A DNA stretch of 64,000 nucleotides from Takakia lepidozioides (Eukaryota > Plantae > Bryophyta), in assembly GCA_030704615.1 (NCBI GenBank), contig CM060731.1:80724001-80788000 (forward strand). The letters are read 5' to 3'. Under the pieces are notes generated by a model that saw nothing but the letters and a program-made list of their open reading frames with translations, searched no databases and was not told the origin of the DNA. The translations under genes and the position numbers were made by a program. Below, one piece after another: positions 11,900 through 25,018 of the stretch. Each line of letters starts with the position of its first letter. The first letter of the stretch is position 1.

Positions 11900-12003
11900 A
11901 ATTGCATCTGCTACTCTCTATAATCCAATAGGCATTCACCTTCTTGCCTCGATTGTCCCACCATTGACTAGTGTCAGAAAAGTATTCATTCCACAGCTTC
12001 TCC
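11900..12003 (-). pseudogene. Left half of a PDF-motif (OSB-like) gene relic split by the CACTA insertion; continues at 26654-26840
   Basis: The joined flanks match the reverse complement of 30140-30410, which reads EEKLWNEYFSDPSQWWDNR. Confidence 0.75.
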
Positions 12004-13069
12004 CACTAGTAGAAAATCCGGTTTTTACGTCTACTATTTTCCAGTCGTATCAGCCTTTTATGACTGCATGACTGCCCAGTCAGATAAACCCAGTCAGTTG
12101 TGACAAATGAGTCATAAGCGCCATAGAGTCGTATCTGCCAGTCGTGGAGCTTACTGTTGACGTGGCAACGGGGACACCTAATCATAGTCATTGATAAGAC
12201 CGTAATAATTGACTGCGAATCCATGTCAGCTTCACGTGGAACGGAAGGGATATGCCACGTGTCACGACAAAGGGAAGGTGACAAGGTCTTCACGACTAGC
12301 ATATATGACTCTGGAGGATTAATCCCAGGACATCACGTGGAGAATACCGGGAAGGACACGTGGCACGACAGGGTGACATCCACATATTAACCCCCAGGAC
12401 ACCACGTGGATTAGACTGGACATGACGCGTGGCGTGACAGGGTGAGGGAGAGGGGGTCTTCCAAGACTGGCATGTATGACTCCCGCCGACTAACCCCAAT
12501 GCCACACGTGGCGCAAATGGGACATGACACGTGCCAAGACAATGGGCTTCGGGAGGGGCTTTCGTGACTGGCATGTATGACTTCGGACGTTTAATGCCAG
12601 GTCCACACGTGGAGTCGGATTACGCAGGGTGGGGGTGGTCGTTATGACTGGAACATATGACTTCCATGGTGCTCTGTGGAGTCTGGATATAGCACGTGGC
12701 ACGCGTATGGGCGAACACGGGGGGGTTAAAGTGGCACGTGCCGGAGGCTCTGTGGATGGGAGGTAATCCTATACATGAGCGTAGTCCTGGGCCTGACTCT
12801 AGCAGCATTGAAACATAAAGCACCATTCAAAGCACACAAAAACACCATTGAAACATGAAAGCACACTCAAATGCAACGTGAGTTAATGATCTGAGATCAT
12901 TTCCATAATCTAATCTGGTGCCGCTACAAAAATGCACAAAGCTGCAAAGTCTAAGTAGACTTCCAAATGCTTGAGCAGAAGATGTATACACTGGCATCTC
13001 TTCGACTGGTGCAATCCTAACACATGGCAGATGATGCACTCAAAATTCGGGGCAGTCAAACGCTCATCA

Positions 13070-16000
13070 CTTCACTTTCTGGATTTTCACAAACTTGTCA
13101 CTCCAAACTGTAACATGATCTAGAGTGGCTCCCAACTATGTGTGCGCTGGCTTCATGGACTTGTTGTGATACGGTAGAGGGGCATTAGTAAGTGTCACTT
13201 GTGTGATCATGATGGCCACATACCCCTTAGGCACCATAGGGTATCCGGCACTCGCTGAAGAGCCTTGTAGACCAACAATGTGGCCAGATGTTGCTGTTGC
13301 CCTCGAAACCGTGTCGATAAGCCGGACTTGGTCACCCACCTTTAACTGCCATCCACCCCGAAAACCCCAGAAGATACATGAGCAAGCTTTCAGGCAAAAC
13401 TCAAAGCAACAACAACATATACATATGTGAAACAAACAAACATTGCTAAGAATATGTGTAGGCACGATTAGACAAACTCTATGTGTGCAAATTTGAAAAT
13501 TGCAGGTAGGTAGGGAACCTTTACCCCATTCTGGCAGTCAAGGACTGGAGTTTTGGGAGTTGTCTTGCTGACAGGTAGCGCGGTGGCTGCCCCTTCAACT
13601 GCCGCAGATTGTGAATGGCCAGATACCTGCACACAGGAACATATGCTCCACACATTGGACTGGGTTCCACAAGTACCACTCGCAAATGGGTTGGCGATAA
13701 GCCAATGCAGATTGCATGGGGCAGTGGATTAATCTTACCTGCAATGCCTTGTGGCCAGAGACTTGCGTAATCCCGGCAGGCACCTGCACAGACAAAGCAT
13801 ATTGCACGATGAGTGGTAGCGGAGATACACCGAGCTATGAGCAGGTTACAGCCATACTGCTTGCTATGTTGGCAGCTTACTCCCCTACAGCTAAAGCTAC
13901 ACACAACTTAAACTAAAACTACACAAAAGCTAAACTAGATAGAGCTACACACAAACTAAAACTAAAACTAGACAAATGTAAACTAGACAGAGCTACACAC
14001 CTAGCATTCCACATTGCATTGACATATAATTCACTGTGTTTGCATAAAGTATTTACCTCTAGGCAATACAATGGCATGACGCGTACAATCTGGAGTTACC
14101 TGCGGGTGCTGGGTTGTGAGGGTGTTATGTGAAGCTTGTCCAAACCGAGGATGGGCCCTCACATACTCTGTAATTGAGGCTGCCTTTGCTGCCCCCTCCA
14201 AGAAAGGCCACAACTTCGTATTGAGGAATTGGTCAAAAGTCGCCCCAGGAGCCCCACTTCTCCAAGGCTCTGGGAATATGCCAGTGAAGGCAGGATTCTT
14301 CTTCCCTTTGTGTGGAGTGTCATCAACAAGAAGAGTGTTGTTCTCATTCCATACAGAAAATTCGCGCCATACTGTTGACAGGTTCTTGAAAAAGATAGGC
14401 TTAGATGGGTGCCTATCATTTCTCTCACTTGATTGTTCACAGTAAGCACCATCCCACTGAAACACAAGATTAGGCCGGCCACGGAAAATCCACTCCACAA
14501 CAGGTTGGAAGTTGCGAAGTGTCATGCAAGACCACACTGCCACCTCAAAGTGCGCAAAACACTTGTTCAAAAAATCAATGCAGCCAGGCCTCATCAACAC
14601 CATTTTACTGCCACAGGTTCTGCCAACACAGCCATCTAGAATATACACTGCAGCACTACAACATGTATGCACTCACAAAGCAAGCCATTTACATCTAGAA
14701 TCAGTAAATGTTTTGCACTGGTCTGATCTTTGTCCTTCTTCTTCAACAAATAATGGGGAGTGGTAGGGACAACCCGAGGGGAACCAAGATCAATTGCACA
14801 ATCATCCCCCTTCATGCCCAGTGATTCTCCAGCTGCCTCTGAATCAAGGCATGCTACTTTTGACATGGGATCCATGAAGCCAGACACAAGTACGGGATCC
14901 TTCAGCATGACAGGTAATTTGTCTGCGTCTTCATCTCCCGTGCCATCGCAGGGGGAATTGCCCACCTGCAATTGATCATGACAAACACGGGGGGGAGACA
15001 ACACTGATGGAACTACAGGGGGTGTCTCAAAGTTGTCCTCTAGGCGCCTGGATGTGCGAGCTACGTCTATGCACTCGCTGGCTGCTGCAGATGTCCCCAC
15101 AATCGGAGACACAGATATAGAGATGCCAAACTTGTTGGCTATCGCTTTTTGGTAAAGCATCATCTGCGAGACACAAGCCTTCAAATCGATGATGTCTTCT
15201 CGCTGACTTGTGGTTTCTCTTCCTAGCTCCTCGACTTTGCGCACGATACTACAATAGCCCTCACTTGCCGCCTGCCAACAACAGCACTATTGAATGAGAA
15301 AAAAAAAAAATCACCACAACCACGATGTTGCATGCAAATAAATGTTGTCATGAAGTGGAGGTTTAAAGAAATCTTGTGCAATCGAATGGACCCGCTCACA
15401 CATCCTAATGGGTGCACACCACTGACACATGCAACTCATTTGCAACTGAGTTGAGATTTACAAACAACTCACCATTCTCTCTGATGTCATTGTTTTGCTC
15501 ACAGACAACTCCTGGATTTCTTGCAGTTCGACTGATCGCCCGCAATGGGCTTCCCGCAAATCAGCCAGCAAAGTCAAAATGCAGCCACGTACTGAACGAC
15601 AATTTACTAACATAACATGATATAACATCCTGAGACAATGAAAGCCTTCACGCAATGACACAAACCTACCATATCAGACTTGCAAGATGTCTAGGAGCAT
15701 TCAAAAAACCACCTAGACAGAGAGAGACCCTCTCATTTGGTACAAGGCACTCTCTTTTCTTCTTGGGTGCATGCCTTATCTTGTCCCATAAGCTCTTTGA
15801 GCTTTCCAAGGACGTTGTAAAGTATCCTGACATTTGGGTCAGATGCCAGCGCCAGCTGAAATACCAAATACCTTAAGATGATCCACTCTATTTCGCAGAA
15901 GAAAGACCATCATGTTAAACAAATCAAGCACTGGCAATATCGAGCAAAAGAGATTCTCAATTAAACAAATATTAGGCAGGCAACACTGAGCATGGTAGAT

Positions 16001-18843
16001 GAAGCTGATTTGGAGGCTGAAGTGGCTAAGGGCAAGTTGGAAGCACATTAAATGTCCTAGCAAAATCAGGTTAGGCATTAAACTTCCCTGAACGCGTTGG
16101 TCTGACAAAGGCGAGGACCTTAAGGATGGCCTGAAGGGCCTAGCTACCCTGGGTAACTGGCTGATATTTAAACTCGGAGCGGGAAGACAAACCAGTCGTG
16201 TTCAAGAATTAAATCAACCATCAATCAGTCAATGAACCAATCAATCAACCAGTCGGGTTGAAGAAATAAATCAAATTGCAAGTCTGGTTGAAGAATTGAT
16301 GCCACATATCATACTGTTGAAGTACCTTAGCAATAGTTTGTGCCAGGGGATGTGATCAATAACTTACTAGACGTGCCTCCACAAATGCCTTCCCACCACG
16401 ACCAGTTTTTGATGGATTCTGTATACACGAATTTTCCTTCTTCATCTTGGCTGATACGGTGCTGAAATTTGGGGTTGACCAGTACGCAACAAGCCTGGTC
16501 CATTGCCCTTCGTCCACATACAAAGGTTTTCCCTCCCCTGCCTTGAACTTTGCATACAGTTCACTTCGTTGTGTCTTCAAAGCTTTGCCAATGGTGTGTC
16601 GCATGTGCTCGTAGTCCAGACTGCGTGGAGTGTATGAAAAAGTGGACGCCAGCACGTGCTAGACTGCCTTAATGTCCTCCTCATCCTGCTCTTGAATGGC
16701 CAGCGATAAGTCACACAATCGAAACATCTGCCCTTTAAGGGCTACATGCCAAGAATTGCGAGAAGGGCCTACTGGCTCCCCAAACTTGTTGACAACAACG
16801 ATCTGCGAGGGAAGGCCGAGCTGCTCCCGCTCCACTTTCACCTTTGTTGCCGCTGCCTTTGCTCTCCGGTTCTGACGCCGCAGTGCATTGGCTCTGTCCT
16901 TCTTGGACATTTCAATCGGGGGCTCGGGGATATCACTAGGGACTTCATCCAGTGGGGGCTGTGATTGGAGCTGGGGAGATGTGACATAGGGCCCAGGGTA
17001 AGGGGCATAGGGTGGGTATGGCGGTCGCATTGCAGGTTGAGGGTAGCTATGAGGCAGCTGCTAGAAAGAAGGATGAGGGGGTGGAGAATGGCCATAGGCC
17101 TGCTCTGCATAACCAGATGGGGGTCGGGGGTACTGGGAGTGAGGGTCATAGTGTGTCGGATGGGGAAAAGCATGAGGGTAATGTGTGAATGGAGGATAAC
17201 TGGCAAGAGGCCGGGTGGGAGGCCGTTTGGAGGGTGGAGTCATGCCAACAGGAGGGTTCACCTGTTTCAGCAAACCATGCCCCGATGGGCTGCTCTGTGT
17301 GGCAGCGCTGGGTCCACCAACCGCTGCACGCTTCTTCCTCGCCTGTGCAACACACAACACAATGCTGGTCAAAACTCACCCTAGACAATTGGCAAAAACT
17401 CAGCCCTCACACAACCACCAGGGAAGCACATTGGTAATGAGGATCATACAATGACAAAATAGAAATCAGGTGCCATTTACCAAGAAGTCATGCAGGTCTT
17501 GGGCAGAAAATTGACCAAATGCAATAGGCCTCACTCTTGTTGTGCGTCCGGTGCATGGTTTTAGGGAATGGTTGGCTTTCACCCTCTTTTGGCATGCTAC
17601 CAATGCCTCTTCCCCCTGGAATGCTAGAGAGGTCAATTCAATTGCTTCTTTTTGGCAAATGCAACCACCATATTCTCATGCACTGTGTTTGCCCCCCTGT
17701 AATGGGGTATGTATTCTTCCTTTCCAGACAACCAGTAGCCTAGTGGTAATGGGCACATACCATGTTGGATGTGGTTACGCTCCCTTCGGGAGGCGTCATA
17801 CTTTTTACTTTATTCAGTGGAACCCAAACTCTCACTGATGTCTTCCACTATGAGGATCAGAAATGCTTGGCAGCCTACCTGCACGAGGCCTTCACCCTTA
17901 CACAATCGCTAGAACATTAATTGTGGTTTCTGGATTTGTTCCTCTCTCATGGGTTTTTCCATTTTGTCCCACAAGCTCTATGAGCTTTCCGCAAACGTTA
18001 TAAAGCACCATTTCATTTCATTTCATTTCCTTCCTTTCCATATAGTACTTGGCAAGTACTTTCAAAATTGGGGCAATGCAACTGTGGACGGGCAGTTTTC
18101 CTATCTGGCTGGATACTTACACATGACGTACACTGAGCTGGGTACTTACAGATGGAGACTCCGCAGCTGCTGGGCGTTTGTGTGAGATGGTGGCTGGGGC
18201 AGGATCACCGCCGGGCATGTTTTCGTCGGAGTCCCCGATGTGCTCCATCGCAGGCACACAGAGGTCGACGTCATCGTCATCATCAATTGCATATCTCCGT
18301 GTGGGGGGGGGGCATGGACTCTATTCTTCCATTGCGTCTTGGGGGACCAGAGGGGCGGGCTGGTGGCCGTCGTCTTGCACGCTTTGGCTTCTCTCCCACA
18401 ATCCTGCATTGGACGCCCCATGGAAGGTGTTGTAAACCCTAAAGCAACCACTAGTTCCTTGAGTGTAACATGACAAAGAAAACATAATGGAGGAGATGAC
18501 GAACTAATGCACCCCTCAACCCTAAAAGTGTAGCCACTTTCACGACCCGCGACATGCGGCGATCTCCCGCCCACTCCACCATGCGAGCATAACCTACATT
18601 GCGCTCTCACTCATCTCATCCTCTTCATGGTGTCTTAGGAACTCACAAAACTATCTACATTGCATGAAATCAACCTCCGCAAGCTGCAAACCTCTGCGGA
18701 AAGAGTGACTTTGATAGTTTAATGTGAACTCATTGTGTTATGTCTTTCAGCAGCTCCGCTTCAACGAGCTTGATGCGAGCAATGTTAGCTTCTCTTAGCC
18801 TCTCATAGTCGGTAATGGGTGCAGTGGCTGCGTGCTTGACCAT
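13070..18843 (-). pseudogene. Multi-exon TnpA-like gene: YERLREANIAR N-terminal motif, acidic and Pro-rich exons, Transposase_24-like exon, coiled coil, FCP1/NIF-like domain, Transposase_23/TNP1-like C-terminus
   Basis: ORFs 18730-18843, 16659-17372 (Pro-rich), 16356-16655 (QWTRLVAYWS..SAKMK..N..NPSKTGRGG), 14636-15244, 14031-14672, 13136-13465 (VGDQVRL..SGHIVG..GYVAIMITQV..NAPLPY..). Exon joining is inferred; stops and frameshifts are present. Confidence 0.62.
14031..14720 (-). pseudogene. FCP1/SCP (NIF, HAD-fold) phosphatase-like domain
   Basis: KHLLILDVNGLL, then a 1-nt frameshift ~14660, then VLMRPGCIDFLNKCFAHFEVAVWS...KPIFFKNLSTVW...NTLLVDDTPHKGKKNP..IFP. Confidence 0.85.
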
Positions 18844-18934
18844 CGCATGAGCACATCGCCTCCTTAAACGCAGCACGACGATCAAGATGTACAAAGGGGG
18901 GGGGGGGACGAGTGTGACAGGGGATAGGCGGAGA

Positions 18935-21900
18935 ATGAGTTTGCGAGACCACAACCTGTGGAGGTTTGAGGACGCCTACGCCACAGCAAACAACCTGAAG
19001 AAAATGTTGTGTAGTTGCTCAGAGTGCCATGGTGGCAAGTGGCAGCTACGCAAGACAGTAAAGAATCACCTCCTCTTGCATCGCAGGGACCCGAACCTGA
19101 GGTACCCTACAGTTCCGGTACGCACTCCACACTTACTCCACACGCATTTCCGACCTGATGTCTCTGCTCAAGATGGGGTCCCATTTTTTCAAATCACCGC
19201 CAGTCAGGAACGCCATGACTGCCTAACAAAACACGTGTCTCACAGACGTTGGCTGTGGGGCCGTGGGTAGTCATGGCCGTGACTACACTTTATGCCATTG
19301 GCAGTCCTAAGCACGGCTACACTTGTTTTCACGATCGCGTGACGTGTGTCCTAACCTCCACACATGCACCAAAACACTTCAAGTAAGTAGATTAACAGGG
19401 GCGTTTCAATCCTAGATTAGACTAACGTTGCTATTAGAGTTCAAGGATGAACCTCAAAGACAACCTTGGATCCGCAAGGATAAGTATTGATAATAGCCAA
19501 GCGCATTATTGAACGGCTGAAGTGAATGAATCAAGCACAATTCCAAGAAGCAAAAAATGGCTTCGTTCCTGAACAGTATTTGAACTGTCCCAAGGCATAC
19601 CAGCTGACAACATTGACTTGTCATTTCGCGTTTACTGATGTATCTACACTGCTGAGTCATGCTTCAGTGCTGCAAATTGCAGGCTCACATTATGTATGAT
19701 GAAGATTCGGACGGGGAGGAAGGACCGTCCAGTCCTACACCTGAAACGAGGGGTGTGGGTGAAGCTGACCAAGAACAACTTTTACAAGAGGAGATGCAAC
19801 GTGCTTTGCAAGAGACTTTTGAAACAACTGACAGAATCAGAAGGGACGCGACTTGTCAAGCGAATGAAGATGAATTTGGCATTCCCCATGCAAGCACTGA
19901 GGAACCAGGCAATGCCACAAATCCAACTGGGTTGCACGACGGAGGTGGGATGGCGACGGAGGATGAGAGGCAACAATATGAGGGAGACTATGACAAAATA
20001 TTCAGTGAGTCACAGATTCCTTTGTATGAAGGGTGTCATCACAGTAGATTGACAGCAACTTTGATGCTGCTGAATTGTTGCACGACCCACAAGTGTACAA
20101 ATGCGTTTGTGGATGAGCTCCTGTCATTACTGAAGGATTCATTTTTGCCTAAAAAGAATGCGTTACCGAAATCACATTATGAGGCAAAAACAATGATCGC
20201 CAGGATGGGGCTAGCATACAAACAGATTCATGCCTGCGAACAGGGTTGTATGTTGTTCCGTGGAGAGCTTGAAGAAACGGAGATTTGCCCAAAGTGCCAA
20301 AGTGGAAGGTATTTTGCAGGTCATGGGAAGGTGCCTAAGAAAGTTTTGCGGCACTTCCCTCTCATACCCAGGTTGAAACGAATGTTTAGAGTGAAATCGG
20401 TGGCAGAGCTCATGAGTTGGCATATCAATCACAAAAGCCAGGATGGGCTCGTTCGTCATGCTGCAGACAGCAAAGCCTGGTCGCACATTGACAACACTTG
20501 GCCGGAGTTCGCATCAGATCCACGCAACCTGCATCTTGGTTTGGCATTGGATGGGGTGAATCCTTATGGCACAAAATCCACAAGTTGGTCAACGTGGCCC
20601 ATCCTACTACTCAACTACAATTTATCTCCTTGGTTGGTGACCAAGAAATTCTTTGTCATGTTGTCGCTGCTCATTCCAGGGAAGGAGTCCGTGAAGATGG
20701 AGAACATTGATGTGTATCTCGAACCCCTCGTGGAGGAGCTGGCGGAATTGTGGGTGGGAGTCCCAGCCCATGATGTGGCCAGCATTCGTGATGACAAGGC
20801 TTTCAACATGCGGGCCATCCTAATGTGGTGCATACACGACTTCCCAGCGTACGGCCTGCTAGCAGGTCAAGTTCACCAAGGCTATGTAGGTTGCCCTGCC
20901 TGTGGCTCTGGAGTTGATTCGCGGTATTCGGCAGCCTGTCAGAAAATTATATTCCAGGGGCACCAGAGATTTCTTCCCACCGACCATGCATACAGGAGAT
21001 CTAGGCTCTTCAATGGCGAATGAGAAATGAGACATGCTCCACTGCTCCTGACAGGCAGTGAAATCAAGACGCGTGCTGAGGAATACTCAAAATGGGTTGA
21101 GGATGAGGAATCAATCGCAGAGGCTGATCCCTCAAAAATCCATGGTGTCAAGTGGTTGTCCATTCTGTATCGTCTGCCTTATTGGGAGGTACGGGGACTC
21201 CTCACTCATGCTTGTCTATTTTGCATATTTGTGCATTTGTTTTTTATTCAGAGATGTGTGTTACTGTGTTGGCATATTTGTGTCATCATTTGACTTTATT
21301 GTGAATCGTTTTGGCACATAAATTGCAGCACCTACTGATCCGCCACACCATTGACACGATGCATTGCGAGAAGAATGTCACAGAAAATATCATCAAGACA
21401 ATTTTTGGGGAAAAGAATACCATGAAGGTGCGTCGTGACTTTGAGCTACAAGGCATTTGTCCCCACCTGTGGCTGCAAAGGCATCCCACGAGGGAGAACA
21501 CATTCGTGATGCCCGCAGCACCGTATGTGCTCACAGGAGATGAGCTAAGGGTGTTCCTGAACACAATCACAAAGCTGAAAGTGCCAACGGGGTATGCATC
21601 TGCCTTTACAAAACATGTTGTTAAAAAAAAACTCTCACAATTAAAGTCACATGACTACCATGTGCTTATGCAGCAAGTTCTCCCTCTTGCTCTACTTGGT
21701 TTAATGGCTAAGGGCGTACGAAATGCCATATTGCGAGTATCCCGAGTGTTTCACAAACTCTGTGCAAAAGTGGTTGATCCCAGTGAGCACGAAGCGCTGA
21801 AGAAGGAGGTGATTGTCACACTCTGCCTCCTTGAAAAAGAGTTCCCACCCTCTTTTTTTGATATAATGACGCATTTGCTTATTCACCTAGTTGATGAGTT

Positions 21901-23294
21901 GGATTTGTGTGGCCCTGTCACCTCCCGGTGGATGTACCCTGTGGAGCGGGCTATGAAGGATTACAAAGGGTATATTAGCAACATGGCAAAGCCCGAAGGC
22001 AGTATGGCCGAGGGCTACATGTTTGAGGAGGCTCTTGGCTTTTGCACATAGTACATGGCCAGTTTTGATGCTACTAGACGGAGAGTGTGGGATGCAGGAG
22101 AGGAGGAATCCGCGTCTGGCTACGTGTTGGAAGGAGCAGGAAAACCCCGCAAATTCACGGCAGATCTGTGTTCAGTTCTCCACCAGTACATCATTGAAAA
22201 CTATCCTAGCATGTTCGAGTAAGTGAGAAGCTCATTAACAAAGGTGACAATGCAACAGTTCATTCCCTTCCTGTTTATGCCCGTTTGTAGTTGTTGGTTG
22301 TCATGTAATTGCATTATGTGCACATGTTGGTTCTCACGGGAGGGACACATTTATATATGTCAGGATGTATGAAACAATTCGAGCACGTGTGGAGGCAAGT
22401 CGCTGGTTGTTTCTCCAGGAAGAACGTGCTAAAGAGAGGGCAGCTCACGGGGAGGACTATGAGTACCCACCTGACTTGGCTCTTCCTCCCAAATATGCAG
22501 ACTGGTTGGTTGATGTTGTGCGCTCACATGTGGCAAGGATTCCCAATTCCGAATGTGATCCCATGTATTGCCAAATGTTGGGCTTGTCCAGGCCTCCCTC
22601 GATCATTGCAACTTCATACAATAGCATGTCAGCTTATGGAAACCACTACAGGGTGTCTTCAACCAATATTGGCACAAGTAAAGTGTCATATGACTCAGGG
22701 GTGTCATCTGTTTTCCACCATGTATCTACAAATAGTGCAGGAGAGGAGGTGGTAGAAAGCCTGCGATATGTGGGTGTCATTAGGGAGATACTGGAAATTG
22801 ACTATGGGAAGACAAGGCCCATTGTGATGTTGTGTTCTTGGGTTCTGGCAAAGAAGGGGAGCCGCAATCAGCCTGCATCCATGAAGCAGGATGATTGTGG
22901 GTTCACATTGGTGAATTTCTCCCAAATGTTGGCTCCACAAGGGCAGCCATTCGTGCTGCCGTCACAAGTGGAGCAGGTATTTTTCAGCACTTGTGTTCAT
23001 GAACCTCGGTGGAATGTGGTCCTTGAGAAAAGCCCCAGATCTTCTCGGGTGGTTTGTGATGTGTCAATTGGTAACGATGATCTTCATAGTGTGGAAGGCC
23101 TCTTAGCCCCTGAACGAGTCGAAGAGACACATGTTGCAGGCCCGAATTTGGGCCAGACAATTGAAGTGACTCCCGAAGTTCTTGCCTCACTATACCAGGA
23201 TGTGCGCAATGAGGCCCCCATTGTGGTGGAGAATGACAGTACCGATGAGGAAGAAGATGACAGCCCGGACGAGCTGCCTGACGTTGATGTATAA
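18935..23294 (+). pseudogene. CACTA transposase (TnpD-like: transposase-associated Zn domain, Transposase_21, DUF4218, DUF4216), nearly intact
   Basis: CSCSECH..VKNHL exon (donor ~19118); IHAC..CPKC..LRHFPLIPRLKRMF..LGLALDGVNP..STWP..IHDFPAYG; IDTMHCEKNV, LKSHDYH, FPPSFFDIMTHL, RWMYPVER, PEGSMAEGY; YVGVIREI..QPFVLPSQVEQVFF. Stops at 21021 and 22049. Confidence 0.93.
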
Positions 23295-23761
23295 TGCTTT
23301 TATGGCAGCATGCTTGTTCACTGCTATCCAGATTTCAAGAGGTCCATGGGTGGTAGTGAAGTTCACCTGTAGTGTAGAGGGGCTAAGATTTCTTGCAGGC
23401 TGCACTATGACTAGCACGCCATTACCATGACTGTTAATGCTGGTTTGAACTTCTGGCAGAGCCACCACCATGGCTTGTGCAATTCTGTGCTATTGTTGAG
23501 AAGCACCATTACCCGTTCCCCTCATTTTTGTCGGATGATGTTTTCATGTCACGATGCCACTAGTATAGAGGCTTTGCAGAAGTACCCACTCTACTTCAAT
23601 TTTCACAGCCCAGCAATATGCAATTTCTTACTTTGCTGCATCATGCATGCTACACTCACATAGTTGTAATTTGTCTTTGTGCACTCGTCATACCCATGGC
23701 GAACACTGGCTGTAATCCAGCGTTAGGCTTGTAACCAGTAGCCTATTCTGTGGCCTAAACA

Positions 23762-25018
23762 GCCCTTATGTTTGCGGATGACTTCGCAGGCATAGGGGAG
23801 ACTCAAACCAATTTCAAGGAGTTGATTGATTGTGCGAAGAGATACTTTGATCTTTTGGGGCTAGAGGCTAATGACAACAAATGTGCAGTGGTAGCATTCA
23901 ACGACAGAGGAGAGGGAGGAAGTGATCTTAAGTGGCAGTGGGGTAGCCAAGAGATCCCGGTCCTCCCTTCCTACACTTACCTGGGCGTTGAGTTTTTCTC
24001 CAATTGTAACTGGGATGCACATATCCGGAAAGTTGTTCAAACTGGCAAGGGCAAAGCTCTGGGGCTCACTGAATTTTTCCACTGCAGAGAGGTCAACTCT
24101 GAGGTTAAGAAAACCATGCTTTGTCGCGTTATTAGACCTGCCTTGGAGTACGGATCTGCAATATGGGTTGATAACTCCAACCAGGCTAAGTCTCTAGAAT
24201 CCATTGAAGTGGGGGTGCTTAAGGAGTGTATGTGAGCATGCTCCAAAACAGCCAATGTGGCTGGTGGGGGTGAGTTTGGCATTCCGTCCTTAAGCTCCCG
24301 ATGAGATGAATTCAAGCACATATGGTGGGGTCAGCTGCAACATATGCCCAACCTAAGTTAATCGACTCTATATCTTGGAAACAGAGGCTAAGTCCTGGCA
24401 GAGGCTGTAGTGTCCAAAGCCATGTCTGTTGCCATGAGATTGTCTGATGAAAATGAAGTTCGGCAGAATACTTCCCTGAACTTGTTTCCAGTCAGTGGCA
24501 TGGGGGATGCCATCTTGGATGACCTCAAGGGTCTACCCACTCTCGGCACTAGACTGAAATTTAAACTCAGGGCAGGAAGCCTACCTTTGAACAGCAAACA
24601 GAAGCAGAGAGGATCGGGAGAGTGCAATTGCCCGTTGTGTGGGCCATTTGAAGACATAATTCATTTACCGATACACTGTCCGGGGTTCTGTCACCAAAGA
24701 GACGATCTCTTCAAATCTATCAAGGGAATTGTGCTTGTACCCCTGTTTACCAATTTTGAAAGTCTCGAGGCTGAGCCAAAAGCCCAGGCCCTCCTGAGGC
24801 CTAGTTTTTGGGCAAATCACACACAACATATTGATGCTTGTGTGAAAGGATTTCTAGAGGATATCTGGAAAACCCGGATTAATTCTATATATGAAGGTAA
24901 GTCTTACTACCAACGTCAGCCCCTGACAGAGGTAGGTTCTGTCCCTTTTGTTCCCGCTCAAACTGGGCGCGGGGTCAATGTCAACAAGGCTATGGAAAAC
25001 AACGTCTTATGAGTACAA
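23762..25018 (+). mobile_element. 5'-truncated non-LTR retrotransposon (RT C-terminal half + CCHC), RTE-X/CR1-group-like, with 15-bp TSD
   Basis: FADD, YTYLG, RPALEYGSAIW, LKFKLRAGSLPLN, CPLC..H...HC; TSD TCTGTGGCCTAAACA at 23747-23761 and 25019-25033. Confidence 0.88.

Noticed and set aside
10930-12800. Regularly spaced short palindromic repeats resembling a CRISPR array
   Set aside because: Eukaryotic context, no unique fixed-length spacers and no cas genes; explained as CACTA subterminal repeats.
13900-14000. AAACTA/GCTACAC low-complexity repeat
   Set aside because: Simple repeat, probably intronic, with no further structure.
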